Shown here: one piece after another, positions 1 to 14,806 of the stretch
Numbering within the stretch: position 1 is the stretch's first letter
Layout: each line of letters opens with the position of its first letter
Origin: Eledone cirrhosa
Taxonomy: Eukaryota
Direction: 5' to 3'
Assembly: GCA_964016885.1 (NCBI GenBank)
Contig: OZ024745.1
Span: forward strand, 13,702,001 to 13,766,000
DNA length: 64,000 nucleotides
Notes under the pieces: model-generated
What the model was told of the DNA's origin: nothing
The model's input: only the letters and a program-made list of their open reading frames with translations
Database searches by the model: none
Made by a program: the position numbers and the translations under genes

Positions 1-53
1 TAGTGAGAAGAGGCAGGATTTGAACTCAGAATGCACAAAGATGGAATTTTGTT

Positions 54-303
54 GAACCTCCGTCGGTTCCGACGACGAGTGCACTAGTTGTTCAAACAAC
101 GGAACAGCCTGTTCGTGAAATTAACGTGAAAGTGGCTGAGCATTTCACAGAAACGTTAGTTCTCAGGGAGATTCGGTGTGACACATTATATGACAATGCC
201 GACCCTCTAAACAGCTCATTTCTGCCAAGTTGACTGGAGCAGCATGAAATAAAGCGCCGCCAGGAAAAGAACTCTCAACCTGACGATCGTGTGTCGAACA
301 TCC
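54..303 (-). mobile_element. tRNA-derived SINE, family A (CORE-like); other copies 4190-4461 (+), 24690-24925 (-), 19190-19350 (+, partial)
   Basis: Shared blocks tgtgtcacgctgaatctccc and cgtcggaaacgacggagg; B box gagttcgattccc (4229); gtgtccttgagcaagacacttta in the 24.8 kb copy. Confidence 0.75.
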
Positions 304-3300
304 TAGTAATATATTTTATTCGATAGTTTTCGCCATGTTACACTTACTATGTGTATGTATATCCATGTATGTGTGTGATGTTTTATTCTCACGCACACAC
401 AAACATAGAGACGCAATAATAAAACACACACAGAAACAAGCACACATTTTAATAAAATGACTACTTTACACACTCACACACACACATAAAATAATCACCT
501 TACACACACAGGAATAAAATGATCAGTGTATAAATGTATACACACACACAGGCATAAAATGACCAACGTATACACACACAGGCACACATACATGAATAAA
601 ATGACCAACACACGCACACACACACAGACACATATATATACACACAAACACGCACACACACACAAACACACACACACATGTATGAATAACATTGCCAACA
701 CACACATACACCATATGCACTCACACATATATGCACATGTACACGCACACACACACATATGCACATATTTTCCGAGACTGAGCTATTCTGCGCATGCTCA
801 CGCTGTTTGGTGACGTCACCATGTCTATTTGAACGGCTGCAATGACAGTGACTGCGTAAAGAACCATTTGCCATTGAATGTGAACATAACATAAGATTAG
901 GCTTGTTGCTGCCTTTTTCACATCGTGCCAATCTACATTTTACATTTTATTGTCGTCTGTTGACAAACAGTGTTCATTACTACAACCACCAGCCATATAT
1001 ACATTCATACGAATATACACACGTACATATACATATATACTATATATAGATATAGTTCATATATATCTATATATAAATAAACACTTATACACATATATGC
1101 TCAAATATATATATATATATATTCATATAAGGATGTGACTGTTCGTTTAACAAAAGAAACCACAAACTAGATAAAGAATTCAATACCAGTACATATATAT
1201 TTATATATTTCAACTACCAACAAGGAAGACAGAGAAATGGGGAAAGTACAAAAACCACAAATCGTAAGTATTATAACAATCTTTAATATTTGTTTATTTC
1301 CACTGCTGCTTAACTTTATCATTTGCGTCTATGTTCTTTCATTGTGTTTCACTTTGTTCATTCACCAAGTGTCATCAGGGGCGACATTTTTATAACACAC
1401 CTCCCAGGTTCCCTATAGGATTCTCGTCTATCTCACCTTAATATGTACTGGCATCTAAATGAACGCTGAAATTCCTTATCTCAACTATTTCTCTCTGATG
1501 GCATCATTTTCTCTACTTTAGTGGAATGCACATCTTTACCTTGAGCAAGATATTTTAAAATACCTTCTCTAGGTGACAAGTTTGCTGTGCCTCTAGAGTG
1601 TATGACAAAATATCCTACTCTGTTCTTTCTGGCTCTCTGCTCTCCGAGCTCAAATGCCATCGAAGTCAATTTTACCTTTCATCTATTCTGGATGAAATAA
1701 GTACCAGTCCAGGGTAGTGGATTGACGGTATTGTTAGGGCACCAGATGCCTTGTCGTATTGGTCTCGGCTTTTGCATTCTGAGTTCAAATTCTGCAATGG
1801 TCTACCCGGATGGTAAACTTAATCCGTTACTTTGATTCAAAACACCATCTTGCCCCATTGGGGGAATTTAGTGGAGTCTATTCTGTTGCAAGTATTGGGA
1901 CCAGGTCTTCGATATAAGGATACCTTCCTACCAGGCTATCTGTCAAGAACACTACTAAACAGTAACAACATTCTATTACTGAGAGATGAAATGATCAGAT
2001 AGAAGATATTATGTCATGTTGGAAGGTCGTAATTTCGTATGCTATTGTGTACATGACCTACACTTAAGCCATTAATATCGAGGCCACCTTGTAACCGGTC
2101 ATTCGACCAGCTTGAAAAACCAGCCAAATCTCCTTTATATCATATACTATCATCATTAAAAATTGAAGACATTAGATAATATAGTGATGTAATCTTCGAT
2201 CCAGTGTGCCTGAACTAGATAGTCGTTGAGGTCTTGAATCTAACATTGAATCTAACTGGTGCTAAACTCTAACCTCTAAATTTACAGAAGTTCTTCACAC
2301 CTAATCTACAATTGATAATAATAGTTTTCTAACTTTAACCCCAAACCACACATTTTGAGGCAGATTCTATTCGATTGATACTTTTGATATCGATCCCAAA
2401 ATTATAAAATCGATCTCGGTGGTAGTCGAAACTAGATCGGGAAGGGATCTAGTATTTAGTAACGGTTTTTAAAACCTTGTTGAGGTCAACTTTACTTTTC
2501 AACAAAGAAACAAGCAAATACTGGACTTCTATATAATCGATTATACTCTTCTTCTTCTTCTTCTTCTTCATTGATTATATCATCCTCCCAAAATTTCTGG
2601 GTTTGTGTTACACCACAAATATATTAATGCATTTTGTTTTCCTTCTTTCCTGCTAAAGAAGGAGGGAGTTTAGTTGGTGCCATAATAGACTCCATACACA
2701 CGATGGTGTTATTTATAGGACAATGTTCTTTTACAGCTGGATGATCTCCCTGGCGCCAATCATATTAGTTACCTCTTACGACAGGGATACGATGTAGCTA
2801 TTCTAAACCAAATACACACACAGGTTTGTTTGTGTCTAAGCGATCGTTATTCAATAATCTCATTATTAATTGTTTACCTTCACTATATTACAGAAGCATA
2901 TCTCTGTAGATATTTGCAGTGGTTTCTGTCAGTTTTATATGTTACTCTTTTACTCTTTTACCTGTTTCAGCCATCCGGCTGAGGCCATGCTGGGGCACCG
3001 CCCTTGCAAATGTTCTATTATATTAAAATATATGTATTTTGTTAGTGTTTATCTACAGGAGTTTTGAATCATTTTCAAACTAATAATTATTAAGGATTAT
3101 TTCTATTTTCATTCCCCACATTCTGCTTGTCATTATATCTACATCTTGATATTTGGATTTTTTACAGTTCTTTGAGAGACTGACAAACAAAATATCTTGC
3201 CATATTTAGTTACGACTGTTTTCGTTCTGCGTTCGAATCTGACCCAAGTCAACTTTGACTTTCATCATCTTGAGGTTGATAAAATAAAATAATTGTTTCT

Positions 3301-3813
3301 ACTTCTCGCACAAGGCCAGTGTATTACTGGTACTTTATTTTATCGATCCCGTAAGGATGAAAGGCAAAGTTAACCTCGGCGGGATTTGAACTCAGAACAT
3401 AAAGGGCCGTAACTCTTTGCTGCAAAGCATGGCGTCCGACCCTCTATCGATACTGCCAATGCACTGGGGTCGATTCAATCGACTTTCCCCTCCATAATTG
3501 TTGACCTGGTGCCTAAATCAAAAGCCATTATTATTAATTGTTCTATCGATCAGAGAGAGACGAATAATGGTTTCTGATTTAGGCACAAGGTCAACAATTA
3601 TGGAGGAGGGGAAAGCCGATTGATTCGACCCCAGTGCGTTACAAATAGAGTACCGGTAACGCACTGGGGCCGATTTCATCGACTTTCCCCTCTCCCAAAA
3701 TTGCTGGCCTTGTGCATACATCAGAAACCATTATTTTTTGCTCTGCGATCGATAAACCAATTATCGATCAGGTATTTATGTGGTAGATTAAATACGCTGT
3801 CCTTGTAACTGCG

Positions 3814-4046
3814 TCACCTTGCCAAATGTAAACAATCCTTATTCACCTTGCCAAATGTAAACAATCCTTATTCTCCTTGCCAAATGTAAACAATCCTTAT
3901 TCTCCTTGCCAAATGTAAACAATCCTTATTCTCCTTGGCAAATGTAAACAATCCTTATTCTCCTTGGCAAATGTAAACAATCCTTATTCTCCTTGGCAAA
4001 TGTAAACAATCCTTATTCTCCTTGCCAAATGTAAACAATTCTTATT
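3814..4046. repeat. 8 x 29 bp minisatellite
   Basis: ccttgccaaatgtaaacaatccttattct. Confidence 0.95.
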
Positions 4047-4496
4047 TACTGCAATAGAGTCGTTCGCAATTCTTTACGCAGCGAATTGGCAGAGTCGTTA
4101 GGGCGTTATGGTCATTTTATTCGGCTCACTGTGCCTTGAGCTCAAATACAGCTGTGACTTTGTTAGTTGCTAGATTACATCTGTCGCCCTGTGTTAGCAT
4201 TCGAGCCAGATTCACTAGATTATAATCGTGAGTTCGATTCCCGGACCAGGTGGGGCGTTATGTTCTCTCATTTGCTTCAGTCCACTCAACTGGCAAAAAT
4301 TAATATTACCTGTAATTCAAAGGGCCAGCCTTTTTTCACATTGTGTCACGCTGAATCTCCCCGAGAACAATGTACAGAAGTGCATGGGTCAGAGGAATGC
4401 ACATCCACTTACACGTTAATCAACTGGAGTGCTCATCGTCGGAAACGACGGAGGTACAACCTATAAGCGTGCATATATATATATATATATATATAT

Positions 4497-4627
4497 AACG
4501 AAGGAAATGTGGTAAGGAACCAGGTGGACCATAACGCACCAAAGTACTCAATACTTAGGGTAGTAGAGTGGGTAATAGGAACAAGTAAGACCCCGACGGC
4601 TGAGCTCAAGCCGTTTCGACGGCTATT
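4497..4627 (+). mobile_element. Terminus of a (TA)n-docked element family; other copies 20062-20141 (-), 28299-28494, 29297-29394, 33634-33864, 40183-40518, 41058-41154 (-), 45669-45812 (-), 54339-54474 (-)
   Basis: (TA)n|acgaaggaaatgtggtaaggaaccaggtggaccataacgcaccaaagtactcaatacttagggtagtagagtgggtaatagga..gaccccgacggctgagctcaagccgtttcgacggctatt. Confidence 0.85.
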
Positions 4628-4656
4628 ATATATTGTCAGATATTCATGGATCCCGA

Positions 4657-4743
<87 letters not shown>

Positions 4744-5089
4744 GCCCTGCACCGATGTACTGAAGGCAAGCTCTTGTTGAACCTCGTTAATGTCAGTACA
4801 TCACACTTCATTTTCTCAAGCCCCAACTGACTATCACACACACACACACACACACACACAATACCATAGACACACACACACACAATACCATACACATGCG
4901 AACACTTATGCACGCGCGCAGCATGTTGGATGTGTCTTAAGTTACGTCCCTGGTTAAGAGTACATAGGACTATGTACTCAAGTAAGGTCAACCAGATGGT
5001 GGCGGTGAGGTGGTGTAGATACACACATTCTTCAAATATTGATTCCAACACCCCACATATTCTGTCTACTTTACCGAGACTGGCGGACA

Positions 5090-5776
5090 CCACTACCACC
5101 ACCTTCACCGCCACCTTCACCACTACCACCACCACCACCACCTTCACCACTACCACCACAGCTCACCACCACCACAGCTCACCACCACCTTCACCACTAC
5201 CACCACAGCTCACCATCCCCCTTCACCCCAACAACAATAGTATAAACACAACAGAGATGGTTACACCTGGTTCGGATCAAATGCCCCTAGCACCACCACC
5301 ACCACCAACACCACAAACACCACCACCACCACCATCAACACCAACACCACCAACACCACCAACACCAACACCACCAACACCACCAACACCACCACCAACA
5401 CCACCACCACCACCACCACCACCATCAACACCACCACCACCACCAACACCACCACCACCACCACCACCACCACAACAACAACAACAACAACAACTACGAC
5501 AGTACAACAGATCTGGTTAAGAAGCACCATAGTGTGTACACTGACCAATGTCCTGGCGCTCAAGTCTGGCCTTCACCTTTTCAACTTTGTTACACTTTCA
5601 AATTTCCATCTCCTTCACATCATCCCACATTGTATGACCTTTAAATGTTGGTGGTGGCGGTGGTGGTGGTGGTAGTGGTGTTGTGGTGGTAGTGGTGTTG
5701 TGGTGGTAGTGGTGTTGTAGTAGTGGTGTTGTAGTGGTGTTGTGGTGGTAGTGGTATTGGGGTAGTAGGTGTTGTG

Positions 5777-5780
<4 letters not shown>
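5090..5780. repeat. (ACC)n/(GGT)n low-complexity tracts; similar at 9170-9590, 12950-13130, 15985-16265, 55440-55830, 57700-58010
   Basis: Trinucleotide-based degenerate repeats giving poly-P/T/H/V/G pseudo-ORFs. Confidence 0.9.
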
Positions 5781-5843
<63 letters not shown>

Positions 5844-6085
5844 ATAATAATAAATGTGAAGACTAAAATCCAAAGAGGGCTCGATAAGGATAAATATATA
5901 TCAAATATATAAGAACCCTAGAACAAATATTTATTAAAATAACAGATTAAAGTTTAAGCAAAGAATCGCGTGTATATATATAAAGAATGCGATCATGTCG
6001 GTTGGAAGCTCCCGGAGCTTTCAACCAACATGGTTGCATTCTTTAACGGTATGTCAATATTTGTTTATAAAACTGATCTATATTA

Positions 6086-6150
6086 TATTTTATCTGATGA
6101 AAGCGCACCATAATTTGCTTTGGTGTCTTTGAAATATGTATAATGAAATA
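6086..6150 (+). ncRNA. Type I hammerhead ribozyme motif (same family as 12173-12239)
   Basis: TATTTTAT CTGATGA AAGCGCACCA..TGGTGTCTTT GAAA TATGTATA ATGAAATA; core and stem III identical to the 12.2 kb copy, stem II different in sequence but still pairing. Confidence 0.68.
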
Positions 6151-6275
6151 AATATGGTTTTATAAATATAGTTTCCATTTGTTAATATATTGTATTTTTA
6201 CTCCAAAAATTTGTTGAGTGCTTTATATCAGTTATAAAAATATTTGCTTGTTGTATCCTAACAAATTAAATATAA

Positions 6276-6365
<90 letters not shown>

Positions 6366-7582
6366 GTATATTGAATTGACAAGATCTCAGACTTCATTCG
6401 CTTACTGAGTGAGATGGAACTCGTTAGATTGGACCAAAGAATCAATGTTTCCATTGATCTTTCCAATTGCTAATACTATCTATTGGTCGCAACTCCTGGT
6501 AGATTATATATACCGATATACTAAATATACTAAATATGAGGTAGTTCCGGTTTCTGTATAGTTTTATAACGATAATGATACCGGAAGTCCTGAAATAGAC
6601 CGTTGTTTGAGAAAGAGCTATAAAAATATTTGCGACAATGATATGTAGCACTTGTGATATTATACGTGGCTTCAAACACTTACACAGGAACACATACATA
6701 GATAGACATACATACTTGTCAATACATTGATGTACTCATACGGATATATGGTGTCGGGTGTATATATAGATATACATACTCACATACTTATAAATACATT
6801 GATGTATACTTATGGATATATGTAGTCATGTGTATGTGCATATATAGATAGATATACATACTCTCATACTTAGAAATACATTGATGTATACTTATGGATA
6901 TATGCAGTCATGTGTGTGTGTGCATCTATACATAGATATACGGCTGTCATAACATCTAAAGTGGGAATGCTATTAAGCAATGAAAGAACGTGTGTGACAA
7001 AAGATGTTCAATGAATAATAGCATGCCAAGTGAAATAAGCGAAATAATTGCAAAATGTAATTTCTATTTTAGTCCGTATAGAGACTGCACAATATGTATG
7101 TCCTCGTCTGGAGCAATGCTGGACTTACCTATAAGCTATAGCTTACGGCCACACACCCTCGGGGACCTTATTTTTTTATATACATTTATATTTTATCATT
7201 AGTGAATAGAATAAATCAATTAATTCGTTAAAAGGAATATATAATTAATTGAATTTTTTAATCATTAATAAATAAAAATCATGTATAATATTTTTAATGT
7301 TTTTATCCGAATATTTTTAGAGAGTGCCTTTAAATTTCATATTGCTTGGGATCAGATGAAAGCCCGGCCTTGGTCTGGTGATTCATAGACTGGGCTTAAA
7401 CTAGAGCTGACTATTAGGTATTGAATCAAATAATAGGGCTTTACTCAATAACCATATTTATTTCTCTCCATGGAAATATACTTACTATACACTAATTATG
7501 AAAATATACCTTACACAACTTATTGCAACATTTTTCTGTCATTTGTAAATATAAATGTATGTGCGTATATATATATATATAC

Positions 7583-7616
<34 letters not shown>

Positions 7617-7619
7617 GCG

Positions 7620-7675
<56 letters not shown>

Positions 7676-7739
7676 GGGATATGTATGTGTATATATATAA
7701 TATATATATATATATGCATATGGATATGGATATATATAA

Positions 7740-7785
<46 letters not shown>

Positions 7786-7805
7786 GTATATATATATATA
7801 TATAC

Positions 7806-7837
<32 letters not shown>

Positions 7838-7934
7838 GTATATATATGTGTGTGTGTGTATGTATGTATAGATATATGCATATATGTGCATCTTTCACTC
7901 TGTCTCTTCCTCTTTCAATGTCATATATATATAT

Positions 7935-7980
<46 letters not shown>

Positions 7981-8305
7981 TAAAATCCCAATGAAGGATC
8001 CACCCCGTTTCCGCTACCCTACTACCATCCCACTGCGTACTATATCAACTCTGTACCTAAACAAATATTTTGCTCTGGGCTAGAGGCCGCTTCCTCGTCT
8101 CCGCCCTGAGAAAATGTCATATATGTGTGTCTGCCTGTTAACATGTGTGTGTGTGTGTGTGTGTGTGTGTACATATATATATATATACATATGTGTGTGT
8201 GTGTGTACATATATATATATATACATATGTGTGTGTGTGTGTGTACATATATATATATATATACATGTGTGTGTGTGTGTGTGTACATATATATATATAT
8301 ACATA

Positions 8306-8339
<34 letters not shown>

Positions 8340-8375
8340 CATATGTGTGTGCCTGTTAATATTTATATGTGTGTG

Positions 8376-8459
<84 letters not shown>

Positions 8460-10623
8460 TATGTGTGTGTGTATACATATAATATAGAGAGAATGATAGA
8501 GCGAAAACTGCACAAAGATGCACACATACACACCATACGCACTATTCGCCCACGCAATTACACACGCACACACACACACACACATACACATGCATACACG
8601 CATACGTGCACACACACATACACACGCACACACACACACACACGTACACACACGGTTGCATATACACACACACACACACACACGGTTGCATATACGCACA
8701 CACACACATATGCATATACGCACACACACGTATATACGCGCACACACGCACACATATGGTTGCATATACGCGCGCACACACACACGGTTGCATATACGCG
8801 CACACACACATATGCACACACACACACACACACACACATGCGCGCGCACAGACACGGTTGCATTGACATTCATTCCCAGACATTTAAAATATTCAACTGT
8901 TAAACTGTTCCTGGCTCCACGTGACTGGTTTGTGCCTCGAACATATTTGATGATGCAAGAAGAACGCATTAAAGTCGACATCGTCCAGAGAGAGAGAGGA
9001 GGGGGAAGCAAGCATTTCTTCACGTGTTACACACTGATGTGTAGGCGTTACGCCGCCATATTGGACAAACGCTCACTCTAGTTAGAAAGAACGTGGGCGA
9101 CCGGTATGGTAGTCTGTGATAGCGTTGACTGTACTGCTGCTGTTGCTGTTACTGTTACTACTTTGCCTTGTGGTGGTGGTGCTGCTGGTATTGGTGGCGG
9201 TGGTGGTGGTGGTGGTGGTGTGTTGTGGTGTTGGTGGCGGTGTTGGTGGTGGTGCTGCTGGTATTGTTGGTGGTGGTGGTGATGGTAGTGTGCTGTGGTG
9301 TTGGTGGTATTGGTGGCGGTGGTGGTGATGGTGGTGGTCATGGTGTTGGTGGCGGTGTTGGTGGTGGTGATGCTGGTATTGTTGGTGGTGGTGGTGATGG
9401 TGGTGGTCATGGTGTTGGTGGCGGTGTTGGTGGTGTGTTGTGGTGCTGCTGGTATTGTTGTTTTGTTGGTGGTGGTCATGGCGTTAATGATAGTGGTTGT
9501 GGTGGTGGTGGTGGCGTTGGTGTTGGTGATGGCGGTTGTGTTGGTGTTGGTTGTATTGGGGGTGGTATTGGTGGTGGTGTTGACGGTGATGATATTTTCC
9601 TGTTTAGCTTCATGTCACACCTGATTGAACAGTCATGTGCGCAAAAACATTCTAGCTGTGACCATCTCGTCTTTTTTATATAAATCAATAACTACACTTT
9701 TATTTTGCTGCTGCTGAGGCTGCTGGTGGTGTTGCTGCTGTTGTTGCTATTGTTATACTTGCTGCTGCAGTTGTTGCTGCTGCAGTTGTTGCTTCTGTTG
9801 TTGTTGCTGCTGTTGTTGGTTGTTGTTGTTATTGTTGTTGTTGCTGATGTTTAGTTCCAGAGCAAATCTGATTGAACACAAGACCGGATTTATCGGAGGG
9901 GGGCGAATGCACTGGGCACCCCTTCTCAAACAGAGGCCCCTCTAGGAACAGCCCTGGTCCCACCCTACACCTGAACATCCCCGTGCCCCTCATACCTGAA
10001 CTGCTCAGCCCCACCCGACAAGGTCTAAATATGGCCCTGGTTGAACAGATATATGAACAAAGCCGTCCAGCCGTGGTTATCCCTCTTTTGTGTATGATGG
10101 ACTATAATGTCCAACACATCTTTCAATAAGACTCTAAGGATGATGTTATGAGGGAGATATGACTGCTATGTCTAACAAATCAAACGACCACGTAAAGGTT
10201 CTCTTAGGTAATTGCTGTCTTTGTTGTAATGTGTCCAAGGTCCAAGAGAGTGTACAATAAATAATCTAGTACACATAACTGTTAGCAAGTAATGCAGTTA
10301 AGGAAAGTTCCAGACTGTAGCGATTGCATCCTGATCGCAGGAAAGCATCATATGGTAGATCGGCGGCGTATCTAGGTGTATAGAAAGACATTTATCTCTT
10401 CCTCATCATATGGTAGACCATCGGCGTATCCAGGTGCATAGAAAGACATCTTTTCCTCTTAGGAGTACGAAATTCGAAATTTGTCACTGCCTCTCACACT
10501 TTTCCCATCTCTTTCTGTCACTCACCCTCTATCTATCTAAATAAATATATCTACCTATCTATCTATCTACCTACCTATCTATCTATCCATCTATCTACTT
10601 ACCTATCTATCTATCTCTATCTG

Positions 10624-10684
<61 letters not shown>

Positions 10685-11389
10685 ACACGTTTTTATTGTA
10701 TGTAAACTTCCCCCTTTGTATTTGTCCCCTTCTTTTGTGCCCCTGTGGCTAATAAAGAAACATATCTATCTATCTATCGTAACACTATCTCACATCTGTC
10801 TTGCTCGCCCTGCCCTTCTCCCCACCGTCACCCAATCAGCCACCTGTTTCATTCTACAACAGTATATTTTATATGTGAGTAAAACTGATACTACGTAGTA
10901 TTGATTTTTTCCTGTGAACAGTTAAACAGTTAGGACGTAATTTCGACACAGTACTTTCATCTTGTATCTGTTTATGTCGCCGACATCAATACTGCCAGAC
11001 AACAGTTAAACAATACAACACTCACCTCTACACAGTATTTAGATCTTGTGTCTTTTTATAAAACATTTGTCGTCGGCATTAAACACTGCCAGGTGAAATT
11101 TAACAATACAAGAGAAGTCACTTATACACAACTGTTTTATCTTAAGTGTTTGGACGACAATCTTTACCAGACGACATCAGGTTTCAAACAACGCAGCAGA
11201 TATGCTTTGAAATACACTACTATGCAGTTATTTTACCATGTGTGTGTTTTTAAGACAAATTTGGCCTACAAGACAATACAGCATACATTCCATCTCTATC
11301 ACTTTACACTGTATTTATCTTTGTAAGAGAATTCTTGACAACAAACGTCATCAATACTTTCAGATAACCCAGCATGTATTAGAAGCGTA

Positions 11390-12040
11390 TATATACGATG
11401 ATGGAGTACTTGCAAAAAGTCTCAAATCAATTCGTTCAAGTGTAGGAAAAGTGTTCAGAACACAGAAACCAGCATCGGTGATGGTTTGGGCAGCCATTTC
11501 TGAAAGAGGGAAGTCTCTTCTGATTTTTGTCTCAAGGAATTAAAATTAACAAAGAACTTTACATAAAGGATATTTTGGAAGGAGCACTGATGCCATGGTG
11601 AACATCTGTTTATGGCGATGACATTTGGACTCTCCAACAAGATGGAGCGACGAGCCACACTGCTCGCGTAACACATGGTGTAGAGGCCATTGTCCTGCAT
11701 GGATCAGTAAGGAAGAGTGGCCTCCCACATCACCAGATCTCAACCCTCTCGATTTTTGAGAATGAAGCCTGCTCTACTCCTAGCCAAAATATTGAAACTT
11801 TAAAATCAAAACTGAATAAAGTATGGGAGAAAATATCCATGGAAACTGTTTGTGCAGCCATCGAAGACTTTCCTAGAAGACTTCGAGCGGTAGTGAGAGC
11901 TAGTGGAAAGCATTTCAAATAAATTTTTGTGCAGTTGTTTAATAGTATATTACTTCCTATTTGTTAAAGTCGGATCTTGAAATAAATGTGTTTTTCAAGA
12001 ACTATTTGCATTTTATTTTGTAACAGTTTTATGCCCCACC

Positions 12041-12045
<5 letters not shown>
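11390..12045 (+). mobile_element. Tc1/mariner-superfamily fossil, maT (DD37D)-like, 3' half with right TIR
   Basis: QKPASVMVWAAISERGK..KINKELYIKDIL..TLQQDGATSHTAR..WPPTSPDLNPLDF..FPRRLRAVVRASGKHFK*, with stops and frameshifts; ends ...ttttatgccccaccctg|TA followed by (TA)n. Confidence 0.85.
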
Positions 12046-12131
<86 letters not shown>

Positions 12132-12172
12132 TTCACAATATTAACAAATATAGACATTCGTGTGATCAAGTA

Positions 12173-12239
12173 TATTTTATTATACATATTTCAGAGGTAC
12201 TGAGCTATCTTCAACAGTACGTCCTCATCAGATAAAATA
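12173..12239 (-). ncRNA. Type I hammerhead ribozyme motif
   Basis: Minus strand reads TATTTTAT CTGATGA GGACGTACTG..CAGTACCTCT GAAA TATGTATA ATAAAATA: 8-bp stem I, 10-bp stem II, short quasi-palindromic stem III, AUA triplet. Confidence 0.72.
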
Positions 12240-13468
12240 AGATGATGCATGACATACCTTGACTAAGTAGATGGTTAAAATTCAGTCATGGCAGTCATAT
12301 ATAAATATATATATGACTGTCATATATATATATATATATATATATATACAGTCATATATATATATATATATATATATTAGAAAGATCGAGTATCGAAAAA
12401 TCGGCGCACGAGTTCACGATAAACGAGATATACAGATATAAATATACACACATATATACATATATAAAACTCTACTGTGTGTATTGAGATTAGAATTATT
12501 TATTTTGTTGAGAGAGAGAACAAGTAAATATAAATTACAGTTAGAAAATATATAAGCAAGAGGGTTGTGTGGGGTGTTGTACGTGTGGGTGTCTCTGTGC
12601 CTGTGTGTGTATATATATATGTATGTATATGTATGCGTGTGTGTTTATGTATATATATTGAGAGAAAGATATATATGTGTGTGTGTAGTATAGTTGGGTG
12701 TATATATATATACATATTTATATATATATAGGTTAGTGTGTGTGGTTAGTGTGTGTGTGTGTGGTTGGTGTGTGGTTAGTGTGTGTGTGTGGTTGGTGTG
12801 TGGTTAGTGTGTGTGTGTGTGTGTGGTTAGTGTGTGTGTGTGTGGTTGGTGTGTGGTTAGTGTGTGTGTGGTTGGTGTGTGTATTGTTTGCGATTTGTTT
12901 TATGTTTGCTGAATAAACAAAGGTAAAGATATAGAGAATGGGGTGGAGATGGTGGTGGTGGTGGTGGTGGTGGTGGTGATGATGATGTTAGGTGGTGGTG
13001 GTGGTGGTGGTGATGATGATGTTAGGTGGTGGTGGTGGTGGTGGTGGTGATGATGATGTTAGGTGGTGGTGGTGGTGGTGGTGGTGGTGGTGGTGATGAT
13101 GTTAGGTGGTGATGATGGTAGTGGTGGGGGCGTGATTGGTTTTATTGATACCAAGCGGGGATGTTGTTTGACTGAGGAGGGAAGAGAAGATGGAGGGTGA
13201 AGGGGTAGAGAGGTTGCATCGATGTGAGAACCTTGGTTAGCTGATGCTTTTATAGTCATTAAATGTGGGGGCGTTCGATCCTCAGATCTAGTATGTGGGA
13301 GGTGATATTGATTTCCTTCTCATTATCGATCCCACAGAGAGTAGAACAATTGAAGGAGTGGGAGAGAGGAGTAGGTGCAGATGTTGGTATGGATGGGTGG
13401 AGGGGGTGGATGGAGTAAACTTGGGAAAAGGGAGAAAGAGCGGGGGAGCTGTGATTACAGGGTTAATG

Positions 13469-13522
<54 letters not shown>

Positions 13523-13639
13523 CCTCACACCAATATCCCATCATGGTAGTAAAAGAATACAAATAAATTAGTATATATATATATATATGTGTGTGTGTAT
13601 GTGTGTATGTATATATATATATATATGTGTGTGTGTATG

Positions 13640-13676
<37 letters not shown>

Positions 13677-13681
13677 GTATG

Positions 13682-14091
<410 letters not shown>

Positions 14092-14117
14092 GTATATATA
14101 TGTATATACATATATGT

Positions 14118-14150
<33 letters not shown>

Positions 14151-14312
14151 AATTATACTTGTGTATGTGTGTGTGTTTATGTGTATTTTAGTATATGTAT
14201 GTGTTGGTGGATGCAACATTTATAAAGTACATTTAAGGCGGTAGATTTTGTTGTTGAGTTGTGACGTCACAGATCTTGTAAGAAAAAGCCGAGTTTCTCT
14301 AGAATCTAGAAA

Positions 14313-14806
14313 ACCCCATGTCTTCTATCAACCCCACCACTACCATCTCACACTACGACCCCATGTCTTCTATCAACCCCACCACTACCATCTCACACTA
14401 CGACCCCATGTCTTCTATCAACCCCACCACTACCATCTCACACTACGACCCCATGTCTTCTATCAACCCCACCACTACCATCTCACACTACGACCCCATG
14501 TCTTCTATCAACCCCACCACTACCATCTCACACTACGACCCCATGTCTTCTATCAACCCCACCACTACCATCTCACACTACGACCCCATGTCTTCTATCA
14601 ACCCCACCACTACCATCTCACACTACGACCCCATGTCTTCTATCAACCCCACCACTACCATCTCACACTACGACCCCATGTCTTCTATCAACCCCACCAC
14701 TACCATCTCACACTACGACCCCATGTCTTCTATCAACCCCACCACTACCATCTCACACTACGACCCCATGTCTTCTATCAACCCCACCACTACCATCTCA
14801 CACTAC
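14313..14806. repeat. 11 x 45 bp perfect minisatellite
   Basis: accccatgtcttctatcaaccccaccactaccatctcacactacg, no variant copies seen. Confidence 0.97.

Noticed and set aside
802-932. Minus-strand segment open in two frames ending at a GTGAGC donor
   Set aside because: Acceptor lacks a pyrimidine tract and neither translation is recognisable; any further exons would lie mostly outside the window.
4190-4250. tRNA-like A/B boxes here and at about 27390, 38590, 50962
   Set aside because: These are SINE heads; no complete cloverleaf, so no tRNA gene is called.
4930-5520. 196-aa Pro/Thr-rich ORF resembling formin/extensin
   Set aside because: Built on (ACC)n-type low-complexity DNA that is open in several frames on both strands; no recognisable domain.
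8058-8106. Minus-strand exon-like segment ttttctcag|[16 protein letters not shown]|gtacag
   Set aside because: Isolated, no partner exons or homology; it also resembles the end of a small dispersed repeat.
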